From a virus: a stretch of 64,000 nt of DNA. The position numbers and the translations under genes were made by a program. The notes below the pieces were generated by a model. The model did not search any database. It was not told the origin of the DNA and saw nothing but the letters and a program-made list of their open reading frames with translations. Numbering within the stretch: position 1 is the first letter of the stretch; each line of letters opens with the position of its first letter. The stretch lies in IMG/VR virus record IMGVR_UViG_3300027319_000001. One strand, given 5' to 3'. This document shows, in pieces, positions 1 through 8,755 of the stretch.

Positions 1-39
1 CCAAGTCCGTCTTTGCGCAGATGGTGAAGGCGGTGTGAC

Positions 40-456
40 GTGGCCGGTAATCCTACTACTGTTGGCGCGCAGGCTCTCGTTGACTTTCTGACGGGCCGTG
101 CCGTTGCCTGGGAAGAGCGTGACGTTTACCTTGCGCTGTGCACGAGCCTCCCGCCGGACAACGTCAGCCTGTCATCTCTTCCTGAGGTGACCACCCCTGG
201 GTATGCACGGCAGAAAGTGACCTGGGGCGCTGCGTCACCGTCTCGGCCTAGTGTGGCGAGCAATTCAGCTGTTGTCACATTCGGGCCTATGACCGATGAC
301 ATGAGCGTCCCCGTCACTCACGCCGCTCTCGTAACCGCTCAGACGGGTACAGCCGGGGACGTGCTTTTCATCTGGAGTCTGGACACCACGCAGCAAGCTG
401 TAAACGGACAGGCGTTGCAGATCGCCATTGGAAAGCTGACGATTTCGCTCTCCTGA
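40..456 (+). CDS. hypothetical tail-module protein
   Basis: 138-aa ORF (GTG start) co-oriented with the downstream structural genes. I recognise no motif. Confidence 0.5.
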   Translation: MAGNPTTVGAQALVDFLTGRAVAWEERDVYLALCTSLPPDNVSLSSLPEVTTPGYARQKVTWGAASPSRPSVASNSAVVTFGPMTDDMSVPVTHAALVTAQTGTAGDVLFIWSLDTTQQAVNGQALQIAIGKLTISLS

Positions 457-497
457 GAGACTGCCCGGTTCCCTTCGCTACCGCCGGGATGGAAAAA

Positions 498-532
498 AGA
501 AGACCCCGGGTACTTGATGCCCGGGGTCTTCT
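498..532 (-). terminator. intrinsic terminator of the reverse-strand gene 544..945
   Basis: 13-bp stem AGAAGACCCCGGG/CCCGGGGTCTTCT. On the minus strand it is followed by a T6 run. Confidence 0.7.
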
Positions 533-543
533 GTGCAGTGGGT

Positions 544-945
544 TCAAGCCTTGAAATATGCCCTTGCGGAACCGATGACGGCAACGACGCCGCCGACGAT
601 GAACTCTAAGATGATACCGACGGCAAGGGCAGTAGACACGTCCTCGTATCCAGCTCGCTTCACCAGCATGGTGATGATGAGCGTCACGAACGCCAGAGCG
701 ATGGTGACGCCGGACGTGATTGAGAAGAACGAGATGGCAGCCGCCACACCACGAGCGGGACGCTCATAGGCGGGTACACGCTCCAGGATTGGGTTCCCAG
801 CCGAGTCATACATGAGCTCCCCAGTGTACGGGTTTGTCAGGTGCCGATACTGGGGGTTACCCATGTTGTGCAGTAACTCAAGCCCGGCAACAACCCCAAG
901 GCTCTTAGCGACGTCTTCCGGGCCGGGGAACGGCACGTTGGACAT
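544..945 (-). CDS. small membrane protein, reverse-oriented (moron-like)
   Basis: 133-aa ORF antisense to the whole tail module. It has two long hydrophobic segments (AAAISFFSITSGVTIALAFVTLIITML and ALAVGIILEFIVGGVVAVIG) and its own terminator. Confidence 0.6.
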   Translation of the reverse strand: MSNVPFPGPEDVAKSLGVVAGLELLHNMGNPQYRHLTNPYTGELMYDSAGNPILERVPAYERPARGVAAAISFFSITSGVTIALAFVTLIITMLVKRAGYEDVSTALAVGIILEFIVGGVVAVIGSARAYFKA

Positions 946-1038
946 GGCTCCTCCTGCATCTTGGTGGTGTCTACTTCCAAGATACCCAATTCGGTAGAGC
1001 TATACCAGATTGCTGCCGGTTTTTTGGACAATTGTTAT

Positions 1039-1848
1039 ATGGCCGATATTGCTGAGATCCGCTCCCGCGTCAGGACGGCGCTGGGGGATCTCGGCGACCG
1101 ATTCAGCCTCACGCTCGCTGGCGGTCAATCCAGCTACCAGCTTGGATACCGCCGGGTCAGTGACCTAGTCGTACACGAGCTGTCCGGGTCCACGGTGTCC
1201 GAGATCCCCCCAGATGGGTATGAACTGGACGCATACGACGGTATCATCCGTTTCCCGGAGCCGATTCCTGACAACCACAGTCTGCTGATAACCGGTCGTG
1301 AGCACGGGCTTTTCACCGATAACGAGCTGGACCGGTACATCGACACTGCGGTCAAGAAGCACTGCTACGAGCGTGAGACGGTAGAGCGCAAGCGAAACGA
1401 GAAGGGCTTCATCGTCTACGAGCGCACCCCCATCACTCTGGAGAACCTTCCAGAGATTGAGGAAAGTGCCCTTGTCATCCTCGCCACCATAGAGGCTCTA
1501 TGGGATCTGGCCACGGATGCTGCCACGGACGTAGATGTCTGGACGGCTGAGGGCACGCACCTGTCTCGTGCGCAGCGCTACAACCAGCTGATGCAGCATC
1601 TGGACGTGCTGACTCAGCGGTATCAGACGCTGTGCCAGCAGCTGAACATTGGCCTCAACCGCATTGAGGTCTACACGCTCAGGCGTGTCAGCTACACCAC
1701 TGGCCGACTTGTACCGATCTTCCGTGAGCGGGAGTACGACGAGGTCGGGCCGGGCGCATGGCCGAAGCGGCTGCTGCCGCCCATCGACAGCCCGAACGAA
1801 GACGAATCCGGAATCCCGTCCCCGATTGCTGGTGGCTGGGGGCCGTGA
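1039..1848 (+). CDS. hypothetical structural protein
   Basis: ORF 961..1848 with the first ATG at 1039. Its stop overlaps the next start (TGATG at 1846..1850). Confidence 0.55.
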   Translation: MADIAEIRSRVRTALGDLGDRFSLTLAGGQSSYQLGYRRVSDLVVHELSGSTVSEIPPDGYELDAYDGIIRFPEPIPDNHSLLITGREHGLFTDNELDRYIDTAVKKHCYERETVERKRNEKGFIVYERTPITLENLPEIEESALVILATIEALWDLATDAATDVDVWTAEGTHLSRAQRYNQLMQHLDVLTQRYQTLCQQLNIGLNRIEVYTLRRVSYTTGRLVPIFREREYDEVGPGAWPKRLLPPIDSPNEDESGIPSPIAGGWGP

Positions 1849-2642
1849 TGGCACGACTGGACCACAAGAAGGGCCGATTCGACGTCGAATACGAATCCGA
1901 CGAAATAGACGGCGCGCTTCACGGTTACCAGGGTATCTATGGCCAGTCTGTCCTGTACTACAAGTACCTGAAGGACAGTAGCCAGTTTCACGCTGTCTAC
2001 GGGGAGCCGACCGGATCCGGCCGGATTTTCCAGCCGCCTGAAGCGATTCCTGTCCTTAGCGTTGTCCGTGAAGAGGGGAGCGCAGAGCAGCTGGACGGCG
2101 GTCTGTACTGGACCGACACCCTGCACCTATCTGCGTCTTTCGCGCAGCTCACTAAAGCTGGCCTGACACAGCTGGACATCGTTCACGGCCGTTATCTCAA
2201 TGACCGACTCGGCTATGACGGCCGGATTTGGAAAGTAACTCGCATCGCAGTTCTTGGACAGATCACCAAGAGAGACTTCATTGTCGGTGTTGACGCCGTC
2301 CAGATGAAGGGCGCGGATCTCACTGAGGATCCGCAATTCGCGGACTGGGCAAATGTCAACGTCGATATTGGCGACGGCTCCACGATCGATCTCCCGGACT
2401 GGACGATCAATATCCCAGAGATCCCTACAACCCTGCCGTCCGGAGATCCGATTGTCAAGGTGTTCAAACAGAACACCCCTGCATCCACGTGGATTATTGC
2501 ACACGGGCTCGGCTACAAGCCGCACGTAACACTACTCGATACCAGCGATCAGGAGATTCACACGGATGTCCACCACTTGGATGACAACACAATTTCAGTC
2601 GTCTGGTCACAGCCTACGAGCGGTACCGCACTGCTTACGTGA
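1848..2642 (+). CDS. hypothetical structural protein with C-terminal beta-sandwich-like domain
   Basis: ATG at 1848 is coupled to the upstream stop. The C-terminal ~70 aa (..WIIAHGLGYKPHVTLLD..) resemble the C-terminus of 2653..3546 (..FQVNHNLGTRDVQVKV..). Confidence 0.6.
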   Translation: MARLDHKKGRFDVEYESDEIDGALHGYQGIYGQSVLYYKYLKDSSQFHAVYGEPTGSGRIFQPPEAIPVLSVVREEGSAEQLDGGLYWTDTLHLSASFAQLTKAGLTQLDIVHGRYLNDRLGYDGRIWKVTRIAVLGQITKRDFIVGVDAVQMKGADLTEDPQFADWANVNVDIGDGSTIDLPDWTINIPEIPTTLPSGDPIVKVFKQNTPASTWIIAHGLGYKPHVTLLDTSDQEIHTDVHHLDDNTISVVWSQPTSGTALLT

Positions 2643-2652
2643 GAGGGTTTGA

Positions 2653-3546
2653 ATGGCAGTCAAGTTCGGGAATGGGATAGATCTCGATAACAACCGCATC
2701 ATTAATCTCGCTGATCCTTCGGCACCGACCGATGCGGTGAACAAGCAGTACACGGATGCGCTTGTCCGTGGACTTTCCTGGAAGCAGGCAGTTAAAGCCG
2801 CGACCACCACGAGCGGTGATCTTTCCAGCTCCTATGAGGCTGGGGACACACTGGATGGCGTTATTCTCCAGGCTGGTGACCGGATCCTAATCAAGGACCA
2901 GGCAAACGCTGCTGAGAACGGTATCTATATTGTCCAGGAATCTGGTGCTCCGACCCGTGCTCCTGATGCCGATTCTTCCGATGACCTTCGTGGCGCTACC
3001 GTCACCGTGCAGATGGGGACGGTCAATGCTGACAAGGTCTATCGCCTGATCACGGACAACGTCACTGTTGATACGACAGAGCAAATCTGGACGGAGATCG
3101 GCGGTGCCGCCCCGTCGTACTCGGCCGGTAATGGTCTTGTAGAAAACCCGGCCCGGGTTTTCAATGTTGGCGCTGGCGACGGTATTACGGTCAGCTCAAA
3201 CAGTGTCTCTCTTTCGTCCACTGTTGCCGGTAACGGTCTTTCCTACTCGTCTGGAATTCTCAACGTCAACACTGGTACCGGGCTGGTTGTTGAAGCTGAT
3301 GCCGTAGCGATCGATGTCAATGTCGTCACCCGGAAAATGGCGGCGAACATCGGCAATGGTACGGCTACCACGTTCCAGGTGAACCATAATCTTGGAACCA
3401 GAGATGTGCAAGTAAAGGTCCGATACAACAGCGCGCCATATAGCTTTATCGAAACCGACGTCGACGCAACGGACCCGAACTACGTGACTGTGACGTTCGC
3501 CAAACCTCCTGCCAGTAACGAATTCCGGGTGATTGTGTTCGGCTGA
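2653..3546 (+). CDS. tail fibre/needle-like structural protein
   Basis: The N-terminus GIDLDNNRIINLADPSAPTDAVNKQY is a motif I associate with phage fibre N-termini. It lies in the structural gene string. Confidence 0.6.
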   Translation: MAVKFGNGIDLDNNRIINLADPSAPTDAVNKQYTDALVRGLSWKQAVKAATTTSGDLSSSYEAGDTLDGVILQAGDRILIKDQANAAENGIYIVQESGAPTRAPDADSSDDLRGATVTVQMGTVNADKVYRLITDNVTVDTTEQIWTEIGGAAPSYSAGNGLVENPARVFNVGAGDGITVSSNSVSLSSTVAGNGLSYSSGILNVNTGTGLVVEADAVAIDVNVVTRKMAANIGNGTATTFQVNHNLGTRDVQVKVRYNSAPYSFIETDVDATDPNYVTVTFAKPPASNEFRVIVFG

Positions 3547-3547
3547 C

Positions 3548-4048
3548 ATGCTTCGATTCGCAACTGTTCTTGGACTCGATCTCGTCGATACGTCCCCTAA
3601 TCCGCCCTCTGGTCAGCTTGCGTTTTATGCACGAAACGGCAGGCTGCATACGAAAGACAGTGGCGGCAGCGAGGTAGCCTATGCGACCACCGCTGAGCTG
3701 CCGCCGCGTGTCATCCCCTACTCAATAGAAGGGGAGCTGGAGCCGATTGAGGGCAGGCTCAGGCTCTATAACGACAGTGGTCAGCCGTGGAACATCGTGG
3801 CTGTACGTGCCACTGTGTCGGAGCCGCCGACAGGAAGCTCGTTGATTGTAGACGTCAACATTGATGGAGAAACCATCTTCACCGATCAGAGCAAGCGGCC
3901 GACGATAGGGGACGGGCAGAACACAGCCAAGAGCACGGAGATGTCCGTCACCACCGTGCCAGATGGCTCCTACCTGACAGTGGATATTGATCAGGTGGGG
4001 AGTACTACGCCTGGTGAAACCCTAGTCGTGCAGATCACGGTGGTTTGA
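3548..4048 (+). CDS. hypothetical structural protein
   Basis: ATG at 3548 lies just after the upstream stop, in a co-oriented, tightly packed gene string. Confidence 0.55.
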   Translation: MLRFATVLGLDLVDTSPNPPSGQLAFYARNGRLHTKDSGGSEVAYATTAELPPRVIPYSIEGELEPIEGRLRLYNDSGQPWNIVAVRATVSEPPTGSSLIVDVNIDGETIFTDQSKRPTIGDGQNTAKSTEMSVTTVPDGSYLTVDIDQVGSTTPGETLVVQITVV

Positions 4049-4732
4049 GTGGCAGTCCGGTTCACCGACGAAACACAGACCTATGAGCGCGAGGTCAACC
4101 TTGGCGTTCAGTCTGAGTACACGCTGACGTGCTGGGTCAAGCTCTACTCGGACCGTGATTACTGGAACAGCGTGTGGTGTCTTGCAAACCCCGATTTGGG
4201 GGACCACTTTTCCCTTCTTCAGACGGACACCACCGGGACACAAGTGGTATTCATCACCAGCACGCAGTATATGGAAATCCCGATCGTGAATATGCAAGTC
4301 GGCACATGGTACTATATCGGAATCTCTATGAGCGGAGAAACCGGTGTAGCCGTGTGGCGTTCCGAGAATGATGAGAATTTCTACATTGTCCCCATCACCA
4401 ACCAGGGACCGATCAACCACAAGCTATTCCAGATCGGCAAGTCCATCTATGGCGGTGAATGGCTGGATGGTGCAATAACCGGGGTCAAATGGTGGTCTGC
4501 AGCACTCACTGACACTGAACTGATCGCTGAAGCGGCCCAGCTGGCTCCGGTTCGCAATGAGGACATCAGGGCTTACTACCTTCTCACGGTTCCGTCAACT
4601 GCCGACGATTCCGGGAATGGCTTTGACCTTACCGGTGGCACTGGAGCAACAGAGGTTCCAGGTCCTGATGTGCCAGTATTTTTCGGCCCGAAATACCGGG
4701 TCCGTGGCTGGGGTGTAATACCTATCGCTTAA
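4049..4732 (+). CDS. LamG/concanavalin-A-like lectin-fold structural protein
   Basis: GTG start. The pattern ..GGEWLDGAITGVKWWSAALTDTELI.. is typical of Laminin-G_3-type jelly-roll domains. Confidence 0.6.
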   Translation: MAVRFTDETQTYEREVNLGVQSEYTLTCWVKLYSDRDYWNSVWCLANPDLGDHFSLLQTDTTGTQVVFITSTQYMEIPIVNMQVGTWYYIGISMSGETGVAVWRSENDENFYIVPITNQGPINHKLFQIGKSIYGGEWLDGAITGVKWWSAALTDTELIAEAAQLAPVRNEDIRAYYLLTVPSTADDSGNGFDLTGGTGATEVPGPDVPVFFGPKYRVRGWGVIPIA

Positions 4733-4769
4733 GAACGAGTTTTATCATTCCATGTCACGCTAATTCTAT

Positions 4770-4803
4770 CCTGAATTGTGAGTGTAACTATTCACGATTC
4801 AGG
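4770..4803 (+). promoter_or_regulatory. hairpin abutting the RBS of the 4813 gene, in a low-GC intergenic gap
   Basis: CCTGAATTGTGA..TCACGATTCAGG forms a 12-bp stem (one G-U pair) and ends 10 nt before GTG 4813. Confidence 0.4.
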
Positions 4804-4812
4804 TGACCGAAA

Positions 4813-5439
4813 GTGCCGTGGCTTTTGCGAGAGGATGCCGCCGTCAAGGCGAAGCTTTCTGGCATCTCTATTGCCACGTCCACTGGTCATCGTGACGTTC
4901 CGGTTTCGTTTCAATACCCGGAGACCGAAGCGCAAGAAGCTACCTACCCGGCTATTTTGATTGACCGGGTCAGCGTAGAGCGCGCAACCGACCGCGAGCA
5001 CCGTGGATTCACTGCGGTTCGGTACCGACTAGAAGATCTTCCGAACCCAGGGCCGGACGATGAGTGGGGTTATTTCGGGGACTTCCCGATTCCCTACAAC
5101 CTTGACTATCAGGTGACTGCGCTCGCCCGTTTCCGGTCGCACCTGGCAGCACTGTGTGAGCGGCTTTCCAAGGGCGACAAGCTTCCTGCCCGGGGAGGCT
5201 GGGTTGAAATCCCCGGAATTGATGTGGTGGCGAGCCTAGATGTCCTCAGCGGGCCGGATCAGTCAGTCGTCATAGACAGTGACGGAAAACGACTCTATTC
5301 GGCTACCTGGCTGATTCGTGTCTACACGGAGATGTTTCCGTGGGATCCCCAGCGTTACGAGCCGGTTCGTGTTGTTTCCGGTCGTATTCGCGATTTCGAG
5401 GACACCAGAACCCTGATGACCTTCGACAGTGAGAGCTGA
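4813..5439 (+). CDS. tail completion / sheath-proximal protein (positional call)
   Basis: 208-aa ORF immediately upstream of the sheath gene. Function is inferred from position only. Confidence 0.45.
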   Translation: MPWLLREDAAVKAKLSGISIATSTGHRDVPVSFQYPETEAQEATYPAILIDRVSVERATDREHRGFTAVRYRLEDLPNPGPDDEWGYFGDFPIPYNLDYQVTALARFRSHLAALCERLSKGDKLPARGGWVEIPGIDVVASLDVLSGPDQSVVIDSDGKRLYSATWLIRVYTEMFPWDPQRYEPVRVVSGRIRDFEDTRTLMTFDSES

Positions 5440-5447
5440 GGTGCGTC

Positions 5448-7013
5448 TTGGCAAATTACCTGACTCCGGGCGTCTACGTTGAGGAGAATCTGACTCCTCC
5501 CGGTGGCGGCTCCGGTGCGGCGTCCCTCGCGGTTGGCGCGTTTGTCGGACTTGCGCCAAAGGGGCCGACTATTCCGACGCGAGTCCGCACGTGGACGCAG
5601 TATGTCAACATTTTCGGCGGTTTTGCTGACACGAGCAGCTACCTGCCGTACGCGGTTTATCAGTTCTTCGCCAATGGCGGTAGCTCCTGCTATGTCGTCC
5701 GGGCGACGCGTTCTGACGCTACCGCTGCGACGGCGGACATCATGGACTCCACTCCTGAGGGCGAGGGTCCGGATCCCGAGGGTCCGCTGGTCGCTCTTCA
5801 GGTGACGGCACTTGCCGTCGGTAGCTGGGGGAACAACACGCAGGTCCAGATCATCCCCACTGGTGCTCCCGGCGGGCGTTTTGACCTGCACGTGATTGAG
5901 GACGGTGTTGTTCGGGAGCGTTTCGGGGACCTCTCCTCGAATCCTAACGATCCCCGCTATGTGATCAGCATCGTCAACTCCCCGTATGCAGGGTCCACCC
6001 TCATCAAGCTGGCCAACCCTAAGGTAGCGACGCCCGGCTACGTCTATAATCCCGACACGGACGTCATCCCGGCGCAGACGGTCTCTCTCAGCGGTGGCAC
6101 CGACGGCAATGCGCCGTACGACTACACGGCCGCTGCAAAGCTGCTGCAGGACGTTCCGAACACCACCTTTGATCTGAACGTCCCAGGCATCTCTGACCCG
6201 AACGTACTCAATCCGATCATTGAGTGGGCTGAGCAGACTGGGCGCGTCTTCGTGGTCTGCGACGGTCCCAAGGCAGCTGAGGGTGCGACGTCCTCCCAGG
6301 TCATGGCCGGTTACATCGGCATGGTCGAGGGGCCGACCGCGCTCAGGGCGTCCAGCTATGCCGCTGTCTACGGTCCGTGGCTGCTGTGCTCTGACCCGTC
6401 GTCCTCCATGTACGGCGCGGTCAAGTGGCTCCCGCCGGGTGGTGCGGTGCTCGGGCAGATGGGCCGTATTGACGTAGTCCGGCACCCGGCGAAGGCTCCG
6501 GCTGGTGTTGAATCTGTTCTCCCGAACGTCGTTGCGACCGAAGCGCGGTTCACCGAAACCGAGCTGGACACCCTTTCAGACGCTCACGTCAATGTCATTC
6601 GGCTGATTCCTGGCTACGGACACGCGATCTGGGGTGCTCGGACCCTCAAGCGAGAACTTCCGGACAAGTACGTCCCGGTCCGCCGGACGCTGATCTTCCT
6701 CCGAAAGTCGCTGGCTGACGAGACTCGGTGGGCTGTTTTTGAGCCGAATGGTCCGGACCTGTGGGAAAAGCTTCGGCTCAACGTCTCCAGCTATCTTTCC
6801 CTGCTCCGCAGGGCTGGAATGCTGCAGGGTCAATCGGACTCGCAGGCTTTCTTCGTCAAGTGTGATGGCGACAACAACCCGCAGAGTGAAATCAATGCGG
6901 GCCGCGTGAATATCGACGTCGGTGTTGCGCTCCGGTACCCGGCCGAATTCGTGATCATTCGCATCGGCCAGTTCGACGGTGGCACCGATACCACTGAGGA
7001 GTCCCTTTTCTAA
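5448..7013 (+). CDS. tail sheath protein
   Basis: The N-terminus MANYLTPGVYVEEN is the classic sheath signature. It is 521 aa and followed by the tube gene. Confidence 0.9.
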   Translation: MANYLTPGVYVEENLTPPGGGSGAASLAVGAFVGLAPKGPTIPTRVRTWTQYVNIFGGFADTSSYLPYAVYQFFANGGSSCYVVRATRSDATAATADIMDSTPEGEGPDPEGPLVALQVTALAVGSWGNNTQVQIIPTGAPGGRFDLHVIEDGVVRERFGDLSSNPNDPRYVISIVNSPYAGSTLIKLANPKVATPGYVYNPDTDVIPAQTVSLSGGTDGNAPYDYTAAAKLLQDVPNTTFDLNVPGISDPNVLNPIIEWAEQTGRVFVVCDGPKAAEGATSSQVMAGYIGMVEGPTALRASSYAAVYGPWLLCSDPSSSMYGAVKWLPPGGAVLGQMGRIDVVRHPAKAPAGVESVLPNVVATEARFTETELDTLSDAHVNVIRLIPGYGHAIWGARTLKRELPDKYVPVRRTLIFLRKSLADETRWAVFEPNGPDLWEKLRLNVSSYLSLLRRAGMLQGQSDSQAFFVKCDGDNNPQSEINAGRVNIDVGVALRYPAEFVIIRIGQFDGGTDTTEESLF

Positions 7014-7027
7014 GGACCGGGGGATAA

Positions 7028-7609
7028 ATGCCTACGCAGACTACTCGACTTAAGGAAGACCCTCTCCGGAGTTTCCGGTTCCGGGTGCAGTTTGGTGACG
7101 GTGGTCGCTACCGTTTCGGCACCGGGAATTCGAACTCCACGGTCGAGGGTACCGCTGGGTTTATGAATGTGTCCGGCCTGTCTATGACAACTGAGGTCAT
7201 TCCGTACCGTGAGGGCGGAATGAATACGACCACTCGAAAGATGCCTGGCCAGTCCGATTTCACGCCGATTTCTCTTTCGCGTGGTCTCATTGTCGGTGAG
7301 CCCAGCATGATGCTGTGGATGAATGACCTGTTCGACGCGCTGCAGGGCACTGGCACCACCGGTGGCGGTGGCCAGATCCCTGATTTCCGCGTCAACGTGG
7401 ACATCTACGTGCTGGCTCACCCGTGGCCGGGTCCGAACCCAATCGCTCTTGCTGGCTGGCGTGTCTATAACGCTTGGCCAACCTCTATTTCCTTCTCGGA
7501 CCTTGATGCTGGTGCCAACTCCATCATCGTCAACCAGATGACTCTGGCACACGAAGGGTGGACCTTCAAGCTGAATCCGGACATTAGTGGTACTGGCGTG
7601 GTTCTGTAA
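7028..7609 (+). CDS. tail tube protein
   Basis: It has a ..DPLRSFRFRVQF.. gp19/FII-type tube motif and sits directly after the sheath gene. Confidence 0.85.
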   Translation: MPTQTTRLKEDPLRSFRFRVQFGDGGRYRFGTGNSNSTVEGTAGFMNVSGLSMTTEVIPYREGGMNTTTRKMPGQSDFTPISLSRGLIVGEPSMMLWMNDLFDALQGTGTTGGGGQIPDFRVNVDIYVLAHPWPGPNPIALAGWRVYNAWPTSISFSDLDAGANSIIVNQMTLAHEGWTFKLNPDISGTGVVL

Positions 7610-7671
7610 TTAAATAGATATGGGAAAACGGCCGGAAGCGGCCGGAACACAGTCGATTAAAAGGAGAAGCA

Positions 7672-8595
7672 GTGGAACGAATTATTGATCCTAATCCGGT
7701 CGCTCCGGCCGCGCCGTTGCTGCCTCCCAATGACCCGGGCAACCAGGCGATTCAGCAGCGTCGGGACCCGTTTGAGGACGCGGTTTCCCCTGTTGAGGAC
7801 CCGTCTGTCCTCAATAAGGTCGCAGAGGTCCTGAGCAAGGCCATCGGCAACACCACGATGCCCGCTCCCGTCAGTGATGTCGTCGAACTTCCTGTCGGAA
7901 TCGTGATTGGCGGGAACGTGGTTCGCCATGCCCGCGTCCGAGAGCTTACCGGTATTGATGAGGAAGAGATTGTTCGCGCCTCCTCTACCGGTGATCTTGA
8001 GCGATTCGTTGATGCGCTTCTCCGTGGCGTGGTGAGTATAGGCGATAATGTTGCCTCTGCCGATCTGCTGAACAAGCTCACGGTCGCCGACCGGGAAACC
8101 CTGATCATTGGGATCAGAAAGGTAACCTACGGCGAGGAAATCGAGTTTGAGAAGGTTCGCTGCTTCAAGTGTGAGAAGGACTATTCACTGGTCTATGACC
8201 TGAACGATTTTCCGATCAACAAACTCGATGATCCTTCCCAGGCCATCTTTGAGGTTCAGCTTCGGCGCGGCCGTACCGCTCGCGTCCGTCTTCCGAACGG
8301 TTATGACCAGAAGGCGATCTTTTCGGAGATGCGGAACAAGAACCTGAACGCCGCTGAGACCGACTCTGTTCTGCTCTCCAGATTGATCGTTGACATCACG
8401 GACCAGAACAGGACTTACCAGGTCAGTACTGTTGAGGATGCGCGGGCGCTGTCCATGGCAGACCGAAAGGCTATCCTTGACGCGATCAATAAGAAGAAGG
8501 TCGGACCCGATTTTGAGAATGCCCTCGTTGACTGTCCCGAGTGCAATCAGCAGACTCCTGTGCCGCTGAACATCCCCATTTTGTTTCGCATGTGA
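7672..8595 (+). CDS. tail assembly chaperone (positional), with Cys4 zinc-ribbon-like C-terminus
   Basis: It lies between the tube and tape-measure genes, with RBS AAAGGAG before GTG 7672. Cysteine pairs are CFKCEK...CPECNQ. Confidence 0.55.
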   Translation: MERIIDPNPVAPAAPLLPPNDPGNQAIQQRRDPFEDAVSPVEDPSVLNKVAEVLSKAIGNTTMPAPVSDVVELPVGIVIGGNVVRHARVRELTGIDEEEIVRASSTGDLERFVDALLRGVVSIGDNVASADLLNKLTVADRETLIIGIRKVTYGEEIEFEKVRCFKCEKDYSLVYDLNDFPINKLDDPSQAIFEVQLRRGRTARVRLPNGYDQKAIFSEMRNKNLNAAETDSVLLSRLIVDITDQNRTYQVSTVEDARALSMADRKAILDAINKKKVGPDFENALVDCPECNQQTPVPLNIPILFRM

Positions 8596-8755
8596 CCGAG
8601 AGAGCCTATACGACGCATACGAGCTGCTAATTCTGGCCTATCCGGGATGGACGCTCTCAGAGGTCAAGAAGATGACCCCTGCTGAACGCCGGTTTTTCAT
8701 AAAGCGGGCCGAGGAGCGGGCTGAAAGAAAGAGGTTGTACTTTGAGCGAAACTAA
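8570..8755 (+). CDS. putative frameshift extension of the chaperone (GpE-like motif), +1 frame
   Basis: The +1 frame is open from 8570 to TAA 8753..8755. It encodes ..AYELLILAYPGWTLSEVKKMTPAERRFFIKRAEERA.. and has no start codon of its own. Confidence 0.45.
   Translation, partial: TSPFCFACDRESLYDAYELLILAYPGWTLSEVKKMTPAERRFFIKRAEERAERKRLYFERN

Noticed and set aside
5355-6485. 376-aa minus-strand ORF antisense to the tail sheath gene
   Set aside because: It is an Arg-rich, low-complexity translation. The sense frame has the unmistakable sheath signature and fits the gene order.
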